Of a stretch of DNA of 64,000 bases, positions 11,442 to 21,443 are shown one piece after another. Position 1 is the stretch's first letter. Each line of letters starts with the position of its first letter. The translations under genes and the position numbers were made by a program. Origin of the DNA: Oscillospiraceae bacterium (lineage in GTDB: Bacteria; Bacillota; Clostridia; Oscillospirales; Oscillospiraceae); contig SVKY01000001.1 of the NCBI GenBank assembly GCA_015068235.1, positions 5,660 to 69,659 on the forward strand, written 5' to 3'. The notes below the pieces were generated by a model that saw only the letters and a program-made list of their open reading frames with translations, had not been told where the DNA came from and made no database searches.

Positions 11442-12770
11442 ATGAGAAAATTTCTTGCGATTCTGATTTGCCGACTTGCGACATTTGTCGGAAAACTGGT
11501 CGGCAAGGGAACCAGCATGCCCGGTAAATTTGCGTTGAAGGTTTGTCCGGATATTTTAAGACGGATTCAAAAGCCTAAGACAGTGATCGCCGTCACAGGC
11601 AGCAACGGCAAGACCTCCACAGTGGAAATGATCGCAAATGTCTTAAAGGCGAGCGGTAAAACGGTTGCCTATAACATCGAGGGCTCCAATCAGATCGAGG
11701 GCGTTACCACGATGATGCTCAACAGCTGCACATGGGGCGGTAAGATGAAGCAGGATGTTCTGCTGATCGAATCCGACGAGCGTTATACCAAGTTCACTTT
11801 CAAGTGGTTCCATCCGTCGCATTATGTCATCACGAATCTTTACAGAGATCAGTTGACAAGAAATGCACATCCTGAGTGGGTTTTTGATGCCATCAAGGAA
11901 AGTATTTTTGATGACACGCAGTTGATTCTGAACGCTGATGATCCGTTGGTTGCACTCTTTGGACGGAATCGTAAAAACGTGGTTTGGTTCGGCTTGGATC
12001 ACTGCAGCACGGATGATGAGACATTTGTGGGCGCTTATCACGACTTCAAATACTGTCCGGTTTGTAGAAAACCCCTGGTTTATGACTATTATCACTACAA
12101 TCACGTGGGTAAGTATCACTGCAGCGCCTGTGATTTTAAGCGTCACGATACCGATTATGCTGTGACAAATATCGATCTTGCTAATAAAGAGATCACGCTC
12201 AGCGGACAGAAGGATAAGATCCAGCTTGCATTTAAGAGCATTTACAACATCTATAACACATTGGTAACCTATGCGATCTGCCGTTTGATCGGCATTGACA
12301 GCAAAACAGTCATCGCTGCAACGAGCAATTACACTCTGAAGAACGGCCGTTACATCGAATTTACGATTGGAAAGCATGCCGGTACCTTCCTGATTGCGAA
12401 GCACGAAAACTCAGTTGCCTATGATATGTCCTTCCGATATGCCGTTGAGCAAGGGAACCCGTGTAGTGTGGTCATCATCGTCGATGCCGTCAGCCGTAAG
12501 TATTTTACAAGTGAGACCTCGTGGCTTTGGGATATTCACTTCGATTGGCTGAATGCACCTTGCGTCCAGAAGGTTTATCTGTGCGGAAAGTATTGTAATG
12601 ATCTTGCAATGCGTATGACCTTTACCGATGTTCCGCTGGACAAGCTTGTTGTCAGCGAAGATATTTCGGCTGTTTGCGAGCAGATCAAAAACAAAGGTGA
12701 CGAGCATCTGTATGCGGTCACATGCTTCTCCGATCGTATGAAATTCTTGTCAAGCGTGAACGTGAAGTGA
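11442..12770 (+). CDS. murT: Lipid II isoglutaminyl synthase subunit MurT (Mur ligase family with DUF1727)
   Basis: VTGSNGKTST P-loop, the Cys4 ribbon CPVCRKPL...HCSAC typical of MurT, and adjacency to gatD. Confidence 0.8.
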   Translation: MRKFLAILICRLATFVGKLVGKGTSMPGKFALKVCPDILRRIQKPKTVIAVTGSNGKTSTVEMIANVLKASGKTVAYNIEGSNQIEGVTTMMLNSCTWGGKMKQDVLLIESDERYTKFTFKWFHPSHYVITNLYRDQLTRNAHPEWVFDAIKESIFDDTQLILNADDPLVALFGRNRKNVVWFGLDHCSTDDETFVGAYHDFKYCPVCRKPLVYDYYHYNHVGKYHCSACDFKRHDTDYAVTNIDLANKEITLSGQKDKIQLAFKSIYNIYNTLVTYAICRLIGIDSKTVIAATSNYTLKNGRYIEFTIGKHAGTFLIAKHENSVAYDMSFRYAVEQGNPCSVVIIVDAVSRKYFTSETSWLWDIHFDWLNAPCVQKVYLCGKYCNDLAMRMTFTDVPLDKLVVSEDISAVCEQIKNKGDEHLYAVTCFSDRMKFLSSVNVK

Positions 12771-12778
12771 GGTAGGGT

Positions 12779-13492
12779 ATGGAAATTAAAATTTTGCATA
12801 TTTTTGACGATCTGATGAACCTCTACGGTGAGTATGCCAATGTTTCGATTATGGAAAGATATCTGACCGATTTGGGACACAAGGTGACAGTTGACAAGCT
12901 TTCTTTGTACGATGAGAGAGATATTTCGGGCTATGATTTTTATTTCATGGGTTCAGGCACGGAAAGCAAGCAAAAAGTAGCCTTAACGCAGCTTAGAAAG
13001 CATGAAAAAGCACTCAAAGCTGCTTGCGAGCAGGGAATAGTCATGCTGTTCAGTGGCAACAGCTTTGAGCTTTTGGGCGAAAAGATCGTTGATGCTGATG
13101 GCAAGGAATATCAAGGCTTGGGCTTTGATCGTTTCGTGTCGGTCGAAGGCAAAAAACGCATCGTTGGAGATGCGCTTGCCGTTTTCAATAACGATGTGCT
13201 TGTCGGATTTATTAACAAGTGTAGCAAAACAAGCGGCATCACATCCCCTTTGTTTCGAATGAAGATGGGCTTTGGCAATGATCAGGACAAGGGCGATGAA
13301 GGCTTTTGCAAAAACAATTGCTTCGGCACGCATTTGACAGGTCCGATTTTGATCAAGAATCCTGCGATGCTTCGCATGCTTGCAGAGAAAATAGTCGGCA
13401 AAGTTGATTCTGTTGTAAAATATGAATATATGGAGCGCAGTTATCAAACGACCGTTGAGGCGTTGGAAAAGCGCTTAAGCGAAACAAAATAA
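12779..13492 (+). CDS. gatD: Glutamine amidotransferase GatD (CobQ-type), partner of MurT
   Basis: ILHIFDDLMNLYGEYANVSIMERYL and the FMGSGTESKQ pattern of CobB/CobQ-like GATase. It lies immediately downstream of murT. Confidence 0.8.
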   Translation: MEIKILHIFDDLMNLYGEYANVSIMERYLTDLGHKVTVDKLSLYDERDISGYDFYFMGSGTESKQKVALTQLRKHEKALKAACEQGIVMLFSGNSFELLGEKIVDADGKEYQGLGFDRFVSVEGKKRIVGDALAVFNNDVLVGFINKCSKTSGITSPLFRMKMGFGNDQDKGDEGFCKNNCFGTHLTGPILIKNPAMLRMLAEKIVGKVDSVVKYEYMERSYQTTVEALEKRLSETK

Positions 13493-13502
13493 TTGGAGCT
13501 TA

Positions 13503-13537
13503 CCGAGGACGTTTTCGTGACGTCCTCGGTTTTTTTG
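13503..13537 (+). terminator. Rho-independent terminator after gatD
   Basis: Stem CCGAGGACG (13503-13511) / CGTCCTCGG (13521-13529), followed by TTTTTTT. Confidence 0.8.
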
Positions 13538-13585
13538 TGTATATTCCGTCTGGGCGGAGCATACAGTGCAATGGGAGGGACAGGT

Positions 13586-14461
13586 ATGGACGAGGTCAAA
13601 CAAGCAACGGCGGTTTGTCCGCAAATGATCAGACAGGCTTTGGTGCAAATGCCTTCTTCGCAGATTCGTCAGATCGAGGAAATACGCCTTCGCACAGGGC
13701 AACCTCCTACATATTTGAAAAGCGGAAGAGAAAAAGCATTTGCAAGCTTTTTGGTACAGACACATGATCTTGCGGAAGTCATAGACCGTGCAAGTGATAA
13801 TTCCAATTATGCTGTGCAGGATATGCTCAAAAGCGGATTTCTAACGATTGCAGGTGGTCACAGGATCGGTGTATGTGGCAGAGTGGTTTATAAAGAAAAC
13901 GAGATTTACAGTATCAAGGATATTTCTTCTTTGAACATTCGTGTGGCAAGGCAGGTTAGCGGTGTGGCAGATTCGGCGATCTCCTTCATTTGGACACATC
14001 CGAGGTCCACGCTGATTTTAGGACCGCCGGGGCGTGGGAAAACAACCTTGCTCAGAGATCTCATTCGGCAGCTTTCTGATCGATTTTTTTGGCGTATCTG
14101 TGTTGTGGACGAGCGTATGGAAATCGCATCTATCGTCAAAGGTGTGAGTCAATTTGCTTTGGGTTCATATACAGACGTGCTTAGCTGTGTCAGGAAAGAA
14201 GAAGGGATCGAGTTTCTCCTGCGTTCGATGAATCCGCAGTGGATCGCTTTGGATGAGATCACTGCGCAGAAAGATATCGAAGCCATGACGAAAGCGTCTT
14301 ATTGCGGAGTTCGATTTATTGCAACGGCACACGCTGCGTGCATTCAGGAGCTGCAGCAAAGACCGTTATATCAAAACTTGCTCGCCTCTCGGGTGTTTCA
14401 AAATGTCATACTGATCGATGAGAATCGTAATTTACATATGGAGGTACTGACGAATGATTAA
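13586..14461 (+). CDS. spoIIIAA: Stage III sporulation protein AA (AAA ATPase)
   Basis: Walker A GPPGRGKTTLLRDL and first position in an 8-gene spoIIIA-type operon. Start at ATG 13586 is preceded by GGAGGG. Confidence 0.88.
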   Translation: MDEVKQATAVCPQMIRQALVQMPSSQIRQIEEIRLRTGQPPTYLKSGREKAFASFLVQTHDLAEVIDRASDNSNYAVQDMLKSGFLTIAGGHRIGVCGRVVYKENEIYSIKDISSLNIRVARQVSGVADSAISFIWTHPRSTLILGPPGRGKTTLLRDLIRQLSDRFFWRICVVDERMEIASIVKGVSQFALGSYTDVLSCVRKEEGIEFLLRSMNPQWIALDEITAQKDIEAMTKASYCGVRFIATAHAACIQELQQRPLYQNLLASRVFQNVILIDENRNLHMEVLTND

Positions 14462-14963
14462 GATCATAGGAGCGCTCCTGATCCTCGGTGCGGCAGGCGG
14501 CTTCGGCATCGGAAAATCAATGCAATTTTTCAGGCAGCTGCAGCAGCTTCACCAAATGCTCGGCGCAATCGAAATCATTAAATGCGAGCTGAACTACACC
14601 TTGAGACCACTACCACAGCTTTGCTTGCATGCGGCGCAAAGGGTCAGCGGCGCAGTATCGACATTTTTTTCCAACTATGCAAAGCTTCTTGAAAGCGGTC
14701 TGCCACGCACAACAGCAACGCAGAGAGCATTGGAAGAAACCAAGGGTTTATCCTTGCCGAGTGATGCCCAGATGGTGGTTTTGGAGCTTTGCACAACGAT
14801 CGGACGGTATGATCTTGATGGTGAAAATCGAGTGCTTCAGCTCAGCGGACAAAGACTTCGTTCAGCAATTGAACGCTATGACAGAGAAAAGCGTCCTTTG
14901 GCAAAAAGCTATGCTGTTCTTGGCGTAACAACGGGACTTGCTCTCGTGATCTTATTTGCATAG
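14454..14963 (+). CDS. spoIIIAB: Stage III sporulation protein AB
   Basis: Position in the operon, N- and C-terminal TM segments, and 8-nt overlap with spoIIIAA. Confidence 0.8.
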   Translation: MIKIIGALLILGAAGGFGIGKSMQFFRQLQQLHQMLGAIEIIKCELNYTLRPLPQLCLHAAQRVSGAVSTFFSNYAKLLESGLPRTTATQRALEETKGLSLPSDAQMVVLELCTTIGRYDLDGENRVLQLSGQRLRSAIERYDREKRPLAKSYAVLGVTTGLALVILFA

Positions 14964-14965
14964 CG

Positions 14966-15160
14966 ATGGAAATTGATCTGATATTTAAGATTGCTGCGGT
15001 CGGGATCATCGTTTCCATCTTGAATCAGGTTTTGGTGCGCTCGGGAAGAGAAGAACAGGCAACAATGACCACGCTTGCAGGCTTGGTCGTCGTGCTTTTG
15101 ATCGTGGTCCAAAAAATTGCAGAGCTTTTTGATTTGGTCAAAAGCCTGTTTAATTTCTGA
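14966..15160 (+). CDS. spoIIIAC: Stage III sporulation protein AC
   Basis: 64-aa two-TM protein (MEIDLIFKIAAVGIIVSILNQVL) in the conserved position. Confidence 0.8.
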   Translation: MEIDLIFKIAAVGIIVSILNQVLVRSGREEQATMTTLAGLVVVLLIVVQKIAELFDLVKSLFNF

Positions 15161-15555
15161 TGCAAAGCTTATTGCAGGTGGCAGTCGTTGGACTGCTTGC
15201 GGTGATTTTTGCAAGTCTGGTGCGAAAAAGCAGTAAGGAGCTTGCCATCGTTTTGACCTTGGCAGCTTGCGCTGTGATTGGAATTATCTTATTGCAGCTT
15301 GCTGAACCTTTGCTCTCATTTTTGAAAAAGCTGCGCCATATCTCGGGATTAGATGAAGCGCTGATGCAGCCGCTTTTGAAAACGATCGGCATCGGGCTGC
15401 TGACACAGATCAGTGCAAACGTCTGCGCCGATGCAGGCGAAGGTGCGATCGCTAAACTGATTGAGGTCTGTGGGGGAATTATGGCGCTGTATGTTTCAAT
15501 TCCTTTGTTGGAGGCGGTTTTGGAGATGATGGAAGTTTTGGGCGGTGGAGGATGA
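15160..15555 (+). CDS. spoIIIAD: Stage III sporulation protein AD
   Basis: 131-aa polytopic protein with a TGATG-type overlap with spoIIIAC, in the conserved position. Confidence 0.8.
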   Translation: MQSLLQVAVVGLLAVIFASLVRKSSKELAIVLTLAACAVIGIILLQLAEPLLSFLKKLRHISGLDEALMQPLLKTIGIGLLTQISANVCADAGEGAIAKLIEVCGGIMALYVSIPLLEAVLEMMEVLGGGG

Positions 15556-16628
15556 AAAAAGCCCTGATCATTCTGATTCTGCTCAGCCTTCTAATACCTT
15601 CTGTGCTTGCGACTGATGATTCCGAAATTGAAACGGACGCATTGACACAGGAGCTTGACGAGGATGTTGCAGAGTTGTTGCCTGAATACAGCAATACGGA
15701 ACCCATGGATTTTTTTGATTCGCTGAAAAATATGTTTTTCGGTGCCTTTACAAAGGCGAATGACAGCTTGAAAAGCGCACTTCGTCTGTGCGCAGTCCTG
15801 CTTTCGCTTTTAACACTATGCGCTATCACACAGATGAGTGGAGCCGTGCAGGCAGCAAATGCGATCATTCTTGCAGGCTCGCTTGGGATTACGGTAGCGA
15901 TGATGGGAGATTTTCAATCCATGGTTCAGCTTGCCAAGCAGACCGTTGAGGATATGGCTGATTACAGCGCTTGCTATTTGCCGATCATGGCATCTTCTAC
16001 CATGGCTTCCGGCGGCATCACCTCGTCTACGGTCCTTTACAGTGGTACGGTTTTGTTTTCTCAGCTGTTGATGCGTTTGATATCGAAGCTTTTGATTCCC
16101 GGAGTCTATTTTTATATCGCAGTTGCCACAGCAGAAAGCGCTCTTGGAAGTCAAATGCTTTCAGAAATTCGGGAATTTATCGGTTGGCTGATCTCAAAAA
16201 CGTTGCGTATTGTGATGTATATTTTTATTGCTTACATGACGATCACAGGTGTCATCAGCGGTACGAGCGATGCAACGACCGTCAAAGCAACAAAAGCGGC
16301 AGTTTCGGGAATGATCCCCGTTGTGGGGAGCATCGTTTCCGATGCTTCGGAAAGCTTGATTGCAAGCGCTTCCATGCTTAAAAGCTCTGTCGGTGTTTTC
16401 GGAATGCTTGCTGTGATGGGAATCTGTATTGTACCGTTTTTGCGTGTAGGCATTCAATATCTGATGCTCAAGGTAACCTCTGCTGTCAGCGGTACGGTCG
16501 GCTTAGAGCCACATGTGAAGCTTTTGAAGCACTTTTCTCAGGCAATGGGCTATTTGCTTGGGATGTGCGGTGCATATGTTTTGATGCTGCTGATCTCTTC
16601 GGTCTGCTTCTTGAAGGTGATGGTGTGA
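15552..16628 (+). CDS. spoIIIAE: Stage III sporulation protein AE
   Basis: Signal peptide plus a multi-TM permease-like body, with size and position as in spoIIIAE. Confidence 0.8.
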   Translation: MKKALIILILLSLLIPSVLATDDSEIETDALTQELDEDVAELLPEYSNTEPMDFFDSLKNMFFGAFTKANDSLKSALRLCAVLLSLLTLCAITQMSGAVQAANAIILAGSLGITVAMMGDFQSMVQLAKQTVEDMADYSACYLPIMASSTMASGGITSSTVLYSGTVLFSQLLMRLISKLLIPGVYFYIAVATAESALGSQMLSEIREFIGWLISKTLRIVMYIFIAYMTITGVISGTSDATTVKATKAAVSGMIPVVGSIVSDASESLIASASMLKSSVGVFGMLAVMGICIVPFLRVGIQYLMLKVTSAVSGTVGLEPHVKLLKHFSQAMGYLLGMCGAYVLMLLISSVCFLKVMV

Positions 16629-17107
16629 TGGAGTCTGTACGGGAATACTTTTTGCAGATCGTAGCAGTGTGCATGATTGCAGCGATCTCCTGTGCAATCG
16701 TTAAGAATCCCCTGATTGCCAGAGTGATTCGCCTGATCAGCGGAATCTTGATTCTGCTTGTTGTAATCGCTCCATTATCAAAAGTGGATGCGTCAAAGCT
16801 GCCTACATATTTAGATGGTGTTTTGGACTCTGACACACAGATGCAAGAAGCGAAGAATCATGCGCACTTACAGTTTCAAACGCAGGTGCAAAAGGCAACG
16901 CAGGAGCATATTGAATTGATTGCAGACCAATTTGGATTCAACATTCAGGCGGAGGTGACGGTATCTGATGACGAGGTTCCGATTCCGATCGAAGTCAAGC
17001 TGATCGGAACACCAAATGCACAACAAATGCTCCAGCTCTCGGATTACATCGAAACCAATGTCGGTATCCCGAAGGATCAACAAATATGGAGGAGGGTAAA
17101 TGATTGA
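16628..17107 (+). CDS. spoIIIAF: Stage III sporulation protein AF
   Basis: MESVREYFLQIVAVCMIAAI with two TM segments. The start overlaps the spoIIIAE stop by 1 nt. Confidence 0.75.
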   Translation: MESVREYFLQIVAVCMIAAISCAIVKNPLIARVIRLISGILILLVVIAPLSKVDASKLPTYLDGVLDSDTQMQEAKNHAHLQFQTQVQKATQEHIELIADQFGFNIQAEVTVSDDEVPIPIEVKLIGTPNAQQMLQLSDYIETNVGIPKDQQIWRRVND

Positions 17108-17597
17108 AAAAACGATTACGCTGATCAAAAAATATAAATACGTTGCTTTGGTGCTTTTGGTTGGGATAGGGCTTCTTTTGATCCCCTCGGGAGAAACCGA
17201 GGAGGTAAAAGCACCGACTTTGGCAGAAAATAATGACGAAGAATACATCAATCAGCTGCAAACACAGCTTTGCGATATGCTCGGACGAATCAGCGGCGCA
17301 GGAAAGGTGGAGGTTATGCTGACAGCAGAGTATGGCAGCAGGACAGAGTATCATACAGACCTTCAGCTGGATCGGGATGCCGATGGCTCAAGCGAGGAGA
17401 GAAAAACGGTGATATTGTCCGAAGGGAGCGCATACGATAAAGCAGCAGTATCTGCAGTACGCTATCCGCAATTTTTGGGAGCTTTGGTGATTTGCCAAGG
17501 GGCTGATGTTCCATCGGTGAAGCTCGATATTCTCAATGCGGTAAGTGCGCTGACAGGCTTAGGAACCGACCGAATTACGGTGGTTAAAATGAATTGA
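17100..17597 (+). CDS. spoIIIAG: Stage III sporulation protein AG
   Basis: N-terminal TM segment and a C-terminal ring-building-motif-like domain (GAGKVEVMLT...AVRYPQFLGALVICQGA). Confidence 0.8.
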   Translation: MIEKTITLIKKYKYVALVLLVGIGLLLIPSGETEEVKAPTLAENNDEEYINQLQTQLCDMLGRISGAGKVEVMLTAEYGSRTEYHTDLQLDRDADGSSEERKTVILSEGSAYDKAAVSAVRYPQFLGALVICQGADVPSVKLDILNAVSALTGLGTDRITVVKMN

Positions 17598-17613
17598 TAT
17601 GGAGGAATTTACG

Positions 17614-18162
17614 ATGAAAACTTGGAAACGCAATGCAGTGATTGCCGGAGTGTTGGTTCTTGTGTGTGCCGGTATTTACTTGAACTGGCTCTATGGCACG
17701 GATGTACCTGAGCTGACAAAGACATTGGATGCGGACAAAGTGTTAGGTGAAACCACGCTGGTATTGAGCGAAACCGAGCAGGAGCTTGCACCTGTGAGCA
17801 GCACAGAAACCGGAAGTGAGTATTTTGCTCAAATGCGGCTTTCCCGTCAGACAGCTCGAGATGAAGCGGTCGAGCTTTTGCAGGAAACCATCGCATATGC
17901 CGAAGGAGAGGACACAGACGACACCAGAGCGGAACTGGAAAGCATCATCTCGGACGCATTGTCAGAATCGCAGATCGAGAGCATGATCGTGGCAAAGGGC
18001 TATGCCGATTGTGTGGCTTACATCAACGATGATATGATCTCCGTAGCGGTTGCCGAGCCTGAAATCGGGCTTACTGAGAATGATGTTGCATTACTTGCGG
18101 ACATCGTAATGGCACAAACGGACTATAATCTTTCGCAGATTCGTATTTTCGGAGTAGAATAG
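17614..18162 (+). CDS. spoIIIAH: Stage III sporulation protein AH
   Basis: MKTWKRNAVIAGVLVLV TM anchor, an acidic linker and a C-terminal YscJ/FliF-like domain. GGAGGA lies 7 nt upstream of ATG 17614. Confidence 0.75.
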   Translation: MKTWKRNAVIAGVLVLVCAGIYLNWLYGTDVPELTKTLDADKVLGETTLVLSETEQELAPVSSTETGSEYFAQMRLSRQTARDEAVELLQETIAYAEGEDTDDTRAELESIISDALSESQIESMIVAKGYADCVAYINDDMISVAVAEPEIGLTENDVALLADIVMAQTDYNLSQIRIFGVE

Positions 18163-18223
18163 GGTATTGTTTTTTTCGTAAAATGTGGTAGAATATAAGA
18201 AAAAACGAAGGGATGGTTTTACC

Positions 18224-18604
18224 ATGGCAGATAGAAAGGATTATCTTGTCCAATCTTTGGAAAACGGAAACATTTGGATCTCGGAGGAAGTCATTGCCTC
18301 CATCGCAGCACTTGCGGTGCGGGATGTCGATGGCGTGTACGGCTTGAGCACGAGCGCAACGCTGGACCTCGGCAATATCATTGGCAAGAAGAATCTGAGG
18401 AGAGGCATTAAGGTCAACATTGACGGTGAGAAGATCGACATTTCCTGCAACTTGGTTGTGAAGTATGGCGAGGCGGTTATGGACATCGCAAAGCAGGTGC
18501 AGGAGGCAATCAATTCCGAGGTGACCTCCATGACCGGCATCACTCCGAACAAGATCAACATCAACGTCTGCGGTGTCGCTACGCCGAAGACTGCCACGAA
18601 ATAA
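18224..18604 (+). CDS. Asp23/Gls24 family envelope stress protein
   Basis: ISEEVIASIAALAVRDVDGVYGL is the Asp23 family signature. Position between spoIIIA and nusB is common in Clostridia. Confidence 0.8.
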   Translation: MADRKDYLVQSLENGNIWISEEVIASIAALAVRDVDGVYGLSTSATLDLGNIIGKKNLRRGIKVNIDGEKIDISCNLVVKYGEAVMDIAKQVQEAINSEVTSMTGITPNKININVCGVATPKTATK

Positions 18605-18657
18605 ATTACAGGGGTGCTTTCCGCACCCCTATTACCCGTACTTAGAAGGAGAATACT

Positions 18658-19113
18658 ATGACACGGTCTGAAGCCAGAGAGCTTGCAGCTCATCTGATCT
18701 ATGAAATGGATTATATTGACGAAGCTCCGTCGCAGGCAATAGAGGCTCGCATGGAGAGAGAATACTATGACGGTCTTGCCTCTGAGAACGACATTTATGC
18801 CGATCATCCGAGCAAGAAGCAGATGGCTTATATTCGCACCTGCGTGGAGGGCGTGAGCGATCACATGTCGGAGCTTGATGAGAAGATTTCTCAGTTTTCC
18901 GTCGGTTGGAATCTTAAGAGAATCTCTCGTCTGACAAAAGCTGCTTTGCGCCTCGCGATCTATGAGATCCTTTATGTTGACGATGTCCCGACTGGTGTTG
19001 CGATCAATGAGTGTGTGGAATTGACTCGTAAATATGAGGAAGAAGAGATCGTTTCTTTCGTAAACGGCATTCTCGGCTCATTTGCAAGAAGCCTCAAGGA
19101 GCAGGAAAAATGA
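18658..19113 (+). CDS. nusB: Transcription antitermination factor NusB
   Basis: MTRSEARELAAHLIYEMDY...RLAIYEILY...INECVELTRKY. Confidence 0.88.
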   Translation: MTRSEARELAAHLIYEMDYIDEAPSQAIEARMEREYYDGLASENDIYADHPSKKQMAYIRTCVEGVSDHMSELDEKISQFSVGWNLKRISRLTKAALRLAIYEILYVDDVPTGVAINECVELTRKYEEEEIVSFVNGILGSFARSLKEQEK

Positions 19114-20033
19114 TAGTCCTCGGCTTTGATACAAGCAACTATACCACCTCGGTGGCTGCCTTTGACGGCACGCGGGGGCATAATATCTCGCGCCTTCTTG
19201 ATGTGGAGCAGGGAAGTCTTGGCCTGCGCCAAAGTGAGGCGCTGTTTTCCCATGTAAAACGCCTGCCGGAACTGACCGACAGGCTGTTTTCGGATTTGCC
19301 TCGTGAGGAGATCGGTGCAATCGGAGTGAGTACCCGACCGAGAGCCGTCGAGGGCTCATATATGCCTTGCTTTTTGGCAGGACATTCCCAAGCGCAGGTC
19401 ATCGGCTCTGTGCTGCAAGCACCTGTGTATGAATTTTCGCACCAACAGGGACATATTGCGGCGTCCTTATTTTCTTCAGGACATATGGAACTGATGGACG
19501 AGCCTCATTTGGCTTGGCATTTGTCGGGCGGCACAACAGAGCTTTTATATGTTACGCCTGATGGAGTGAACGTGCACGCAGAGAAAATCGGCGGAACCAC
19601 CGATATCTCCGCAGGTCAGCTCATTGACCGAACGGGGAAGCTATTGGGTCTTTCATTCCCAGCTGGAAAGCAGATTGATGTGCTGAGTCAAACGGCGCAA
19701 GATAAAACAGTTTTTCATGTGAAAGTGCACGGAACGGAGTTTTCGCTCTCAGGCGTGCAGAATAAAGTCGAGCAATACCATAACGGAAATGCCGCAGAAA
19801 CGGCAGGCTTTGCACTTCGCTGTTTGATCGGTGCGATCGTCAAAGCAACGAAAAACGCGCTGCAAGAGTATCCGTGCAAGGTCGTTTTTGCAGGCGGTGT
19901 CGCTTCCAATTCGCTTTTAAGAGAGAAGTGCAAGCAAATGCCGTGCATCTTCTGTCCACCGCAATATGCGACAGATAATGCGTTGGGAATCGCAGTTTTG
20001 GCATGGAGGGCGCATCATGCAGCAAATTTATGA
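19110..20033 (+). CDS. Kae1/TsaD-like (peptidase M22, ASKHA fold) paralog
   Basis: MIVLGFDTSNYTTSVA, a HQQGHI motif resembling the TsaD HxxxH site, and AGGVASN near the C-terminus. Confidence 0.55.
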   Translation: MIVLGFDTSNYTTSVAAFDGTRGHNISRLLDVEQGSLGLRQSEALFSHVKRLPELTDRLFSDLPREEIGAIGVSTRPRAVEGSYMPCFLAGHSQAQVIGSVLQAPVYEFSHQQGHIAASLFSSGHMELMDEPHLAWHLSGGTTELLYVTPDGVNVHAEKIGGTTDISAGQLIDRTGKLLGLSFPAGKQIDVLSQTAQDKTVFHVKVHGTEFSLSGVQNKVEQYHNGNAAETAGFALRCLIGAIVKATKNALQEYPCKVVFAGGVASNSLLREKCKQMPCIFCPPQYATDNALGIAVLAWRAHHAANL

Positions 20034-21216
20034 GGTATCGCAGATCAATGATTATTTGAAATGCCGCTTTGAAGAAGATGAGTTTTTATCTCAGCTTTTG
20101 ATTCGTGGCGAGATCAGCAACTATAAGCTCTATCCCTCGGGGCATCACTATTTTTCCTTAAAGGATGCAGGCGGAGCAATGCGCTGCGTGATGTTTAAGG
20201 GCAATGCCTTTCGTCTAAAATTCCGACCAGAAAATGGCATGAAGGTGATTGCGGACGGTCGCATTTCCGTGTTTCCGAGAGATGGCGCCTATCAGCTTTA
20301 CTGCACAGATCTGACACCCGACGGCGTTGGCGATCTGCATGTTGCGTTCGAACAGCTCAAAGCAAGATTGCAGGCAGAGGGTCTATTTTCGCAGTCGAGA
20401 AAGAAGCCACTGCCACGCTTTGCACATACGATCGCAATTATTACATCTTCAGCAGGTGCGGCGCTTCGTGATATGCTGCGCATTTTGCGCAAACGTTATC
20501 CTCTGAGCAAAATTAAGCTTTTGGCGGTACGAGTGCAGGGCGCTGAGGCTCCGGCTGAAATTGCTGCTGCCATTCGCTATGCAAATTTGTTTCAAGTCGC
20601 CGACCTGATCATCACTGGCAGAGGCGGTGGTTCGATCGAGGATCTTTGGGCATTTAATGACGAAAAGGTGGCATACGCCATTGCCAATTCTCAAATTCCC
20701 GTGATTTCCGCTGTCGGTCATGAACCTGATGTTACCATTTCCGATTTTGTGGCTGATCTTCGTGCTGCAACACCGTCAAATGCCGCTGAGCTTGCGGTTC
20801 CCGATCAAATGGAGCTAAGACAGCATCTTTCGGCGCAGCAATCAATGCTTTATACTTTGATGCAGAAGCGTTTGAAGCAGGAACGTCAAAAAATCGTTAC
20901 GCTCTCACAATCCAGATGCTTAAAAAGTCCGCTGAATTATTTTGCTGATCGCAGAATGCAGCTGGATTATACGCACAGACGTTTGAGCGCTGTAAGCGAG
21001 AATTATTTAGGGCGAAAGCGCGAGGCTTTTGTCCGTTTGACAGCAAAGTTAGATGCAATGAGCCCCTTGAAGGTCCTATCACGTGGCTACAGCATGACCC
21101 GAAATGCCGAGGGCAAGGTGATCAAATCGATTGGCGATGTCGCAGTCGGTGATGAATTGATCGTGACTTTGACTGACGGTAAGATGCGCACAGAAGTACT
21201 GGAGGTATCTCAATGA
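20017..21216 (+). CDS. xseA: Exodeoxyribonuclease VII large subunit
   Basis: N-terminal OB fold (ISNYKLYPSGHHYFSLKD), TGRGGGSIEDLWAFNDE, and GGAGGG upstream of ATG 20017. Confidence 0.9.
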   Translation: MQQIYEVSQINDYLKCRFEEDEFLSQLLIRGEISNYKLYPSGHHYFSLKDAGGAMRCVMFKGNAFRLKFRPENGMKVIADGRISVFPRDGAYQLYCTDLTPDGVGDLHVAFEQLKARLQAEGLFSQSRKKPLPRFAHTIAIITSSAGAALRDMLRILRKRYPLSKIKLLAVRVQGAEAPAEIAAAIRYANLFQVADLIITGRGGGSIEDLWAFNDEKVAYAIANSQIPVISAVGHEPDVTISDFVADLRAATPSNAAELAVPDQMELRQHLSAQQSMLYTLMQKRLKQERQKIVTLSQSRCLKSPLNYFADRRMQLDYTHRRLSAVSENYLGRKREAFVRLTAKLDAMSPLKVLSRGYSMTRNAEGKVIKSIGDVAVGDELIVTLTDGKMRTEVLEVSQ

Positions 21217-21443
21217 GCCAAGAATCCATGAATTTTGAACAATCGCTTCAGCGTTTGGATGAGATCGTCAGACGCATAGAGCGTGGAGATGTGCCTTTGC
21301 AAGAGGCGCTAAAGCTGTTTGAAGAGGGAAGTGCTCTCATTACCTCCTGCAATCAGCTTTTGGACGATGCGGAGCTTAAAGTCGTACAGCTCACCAAGGG
21401 GGCTGACGGCAATCCGCAGGAAACGGAGTTTATCGATGAATGA
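21213..21443 (+). CDS. xseB: Exodeoxyribonuclease VII small subunit
   Basis: 76 aa. FEQSLQRLDEIVRRIERGDVPLQEALKLFEEG is the XseB signature. Confidence 0.9.
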   Translation: MSQESMNFEQSLQRLDEIVRRIERGDVPLQEALKLFEEGSALITSCNQLLDDAELKVVQLTKGADGNPQETEFIDE

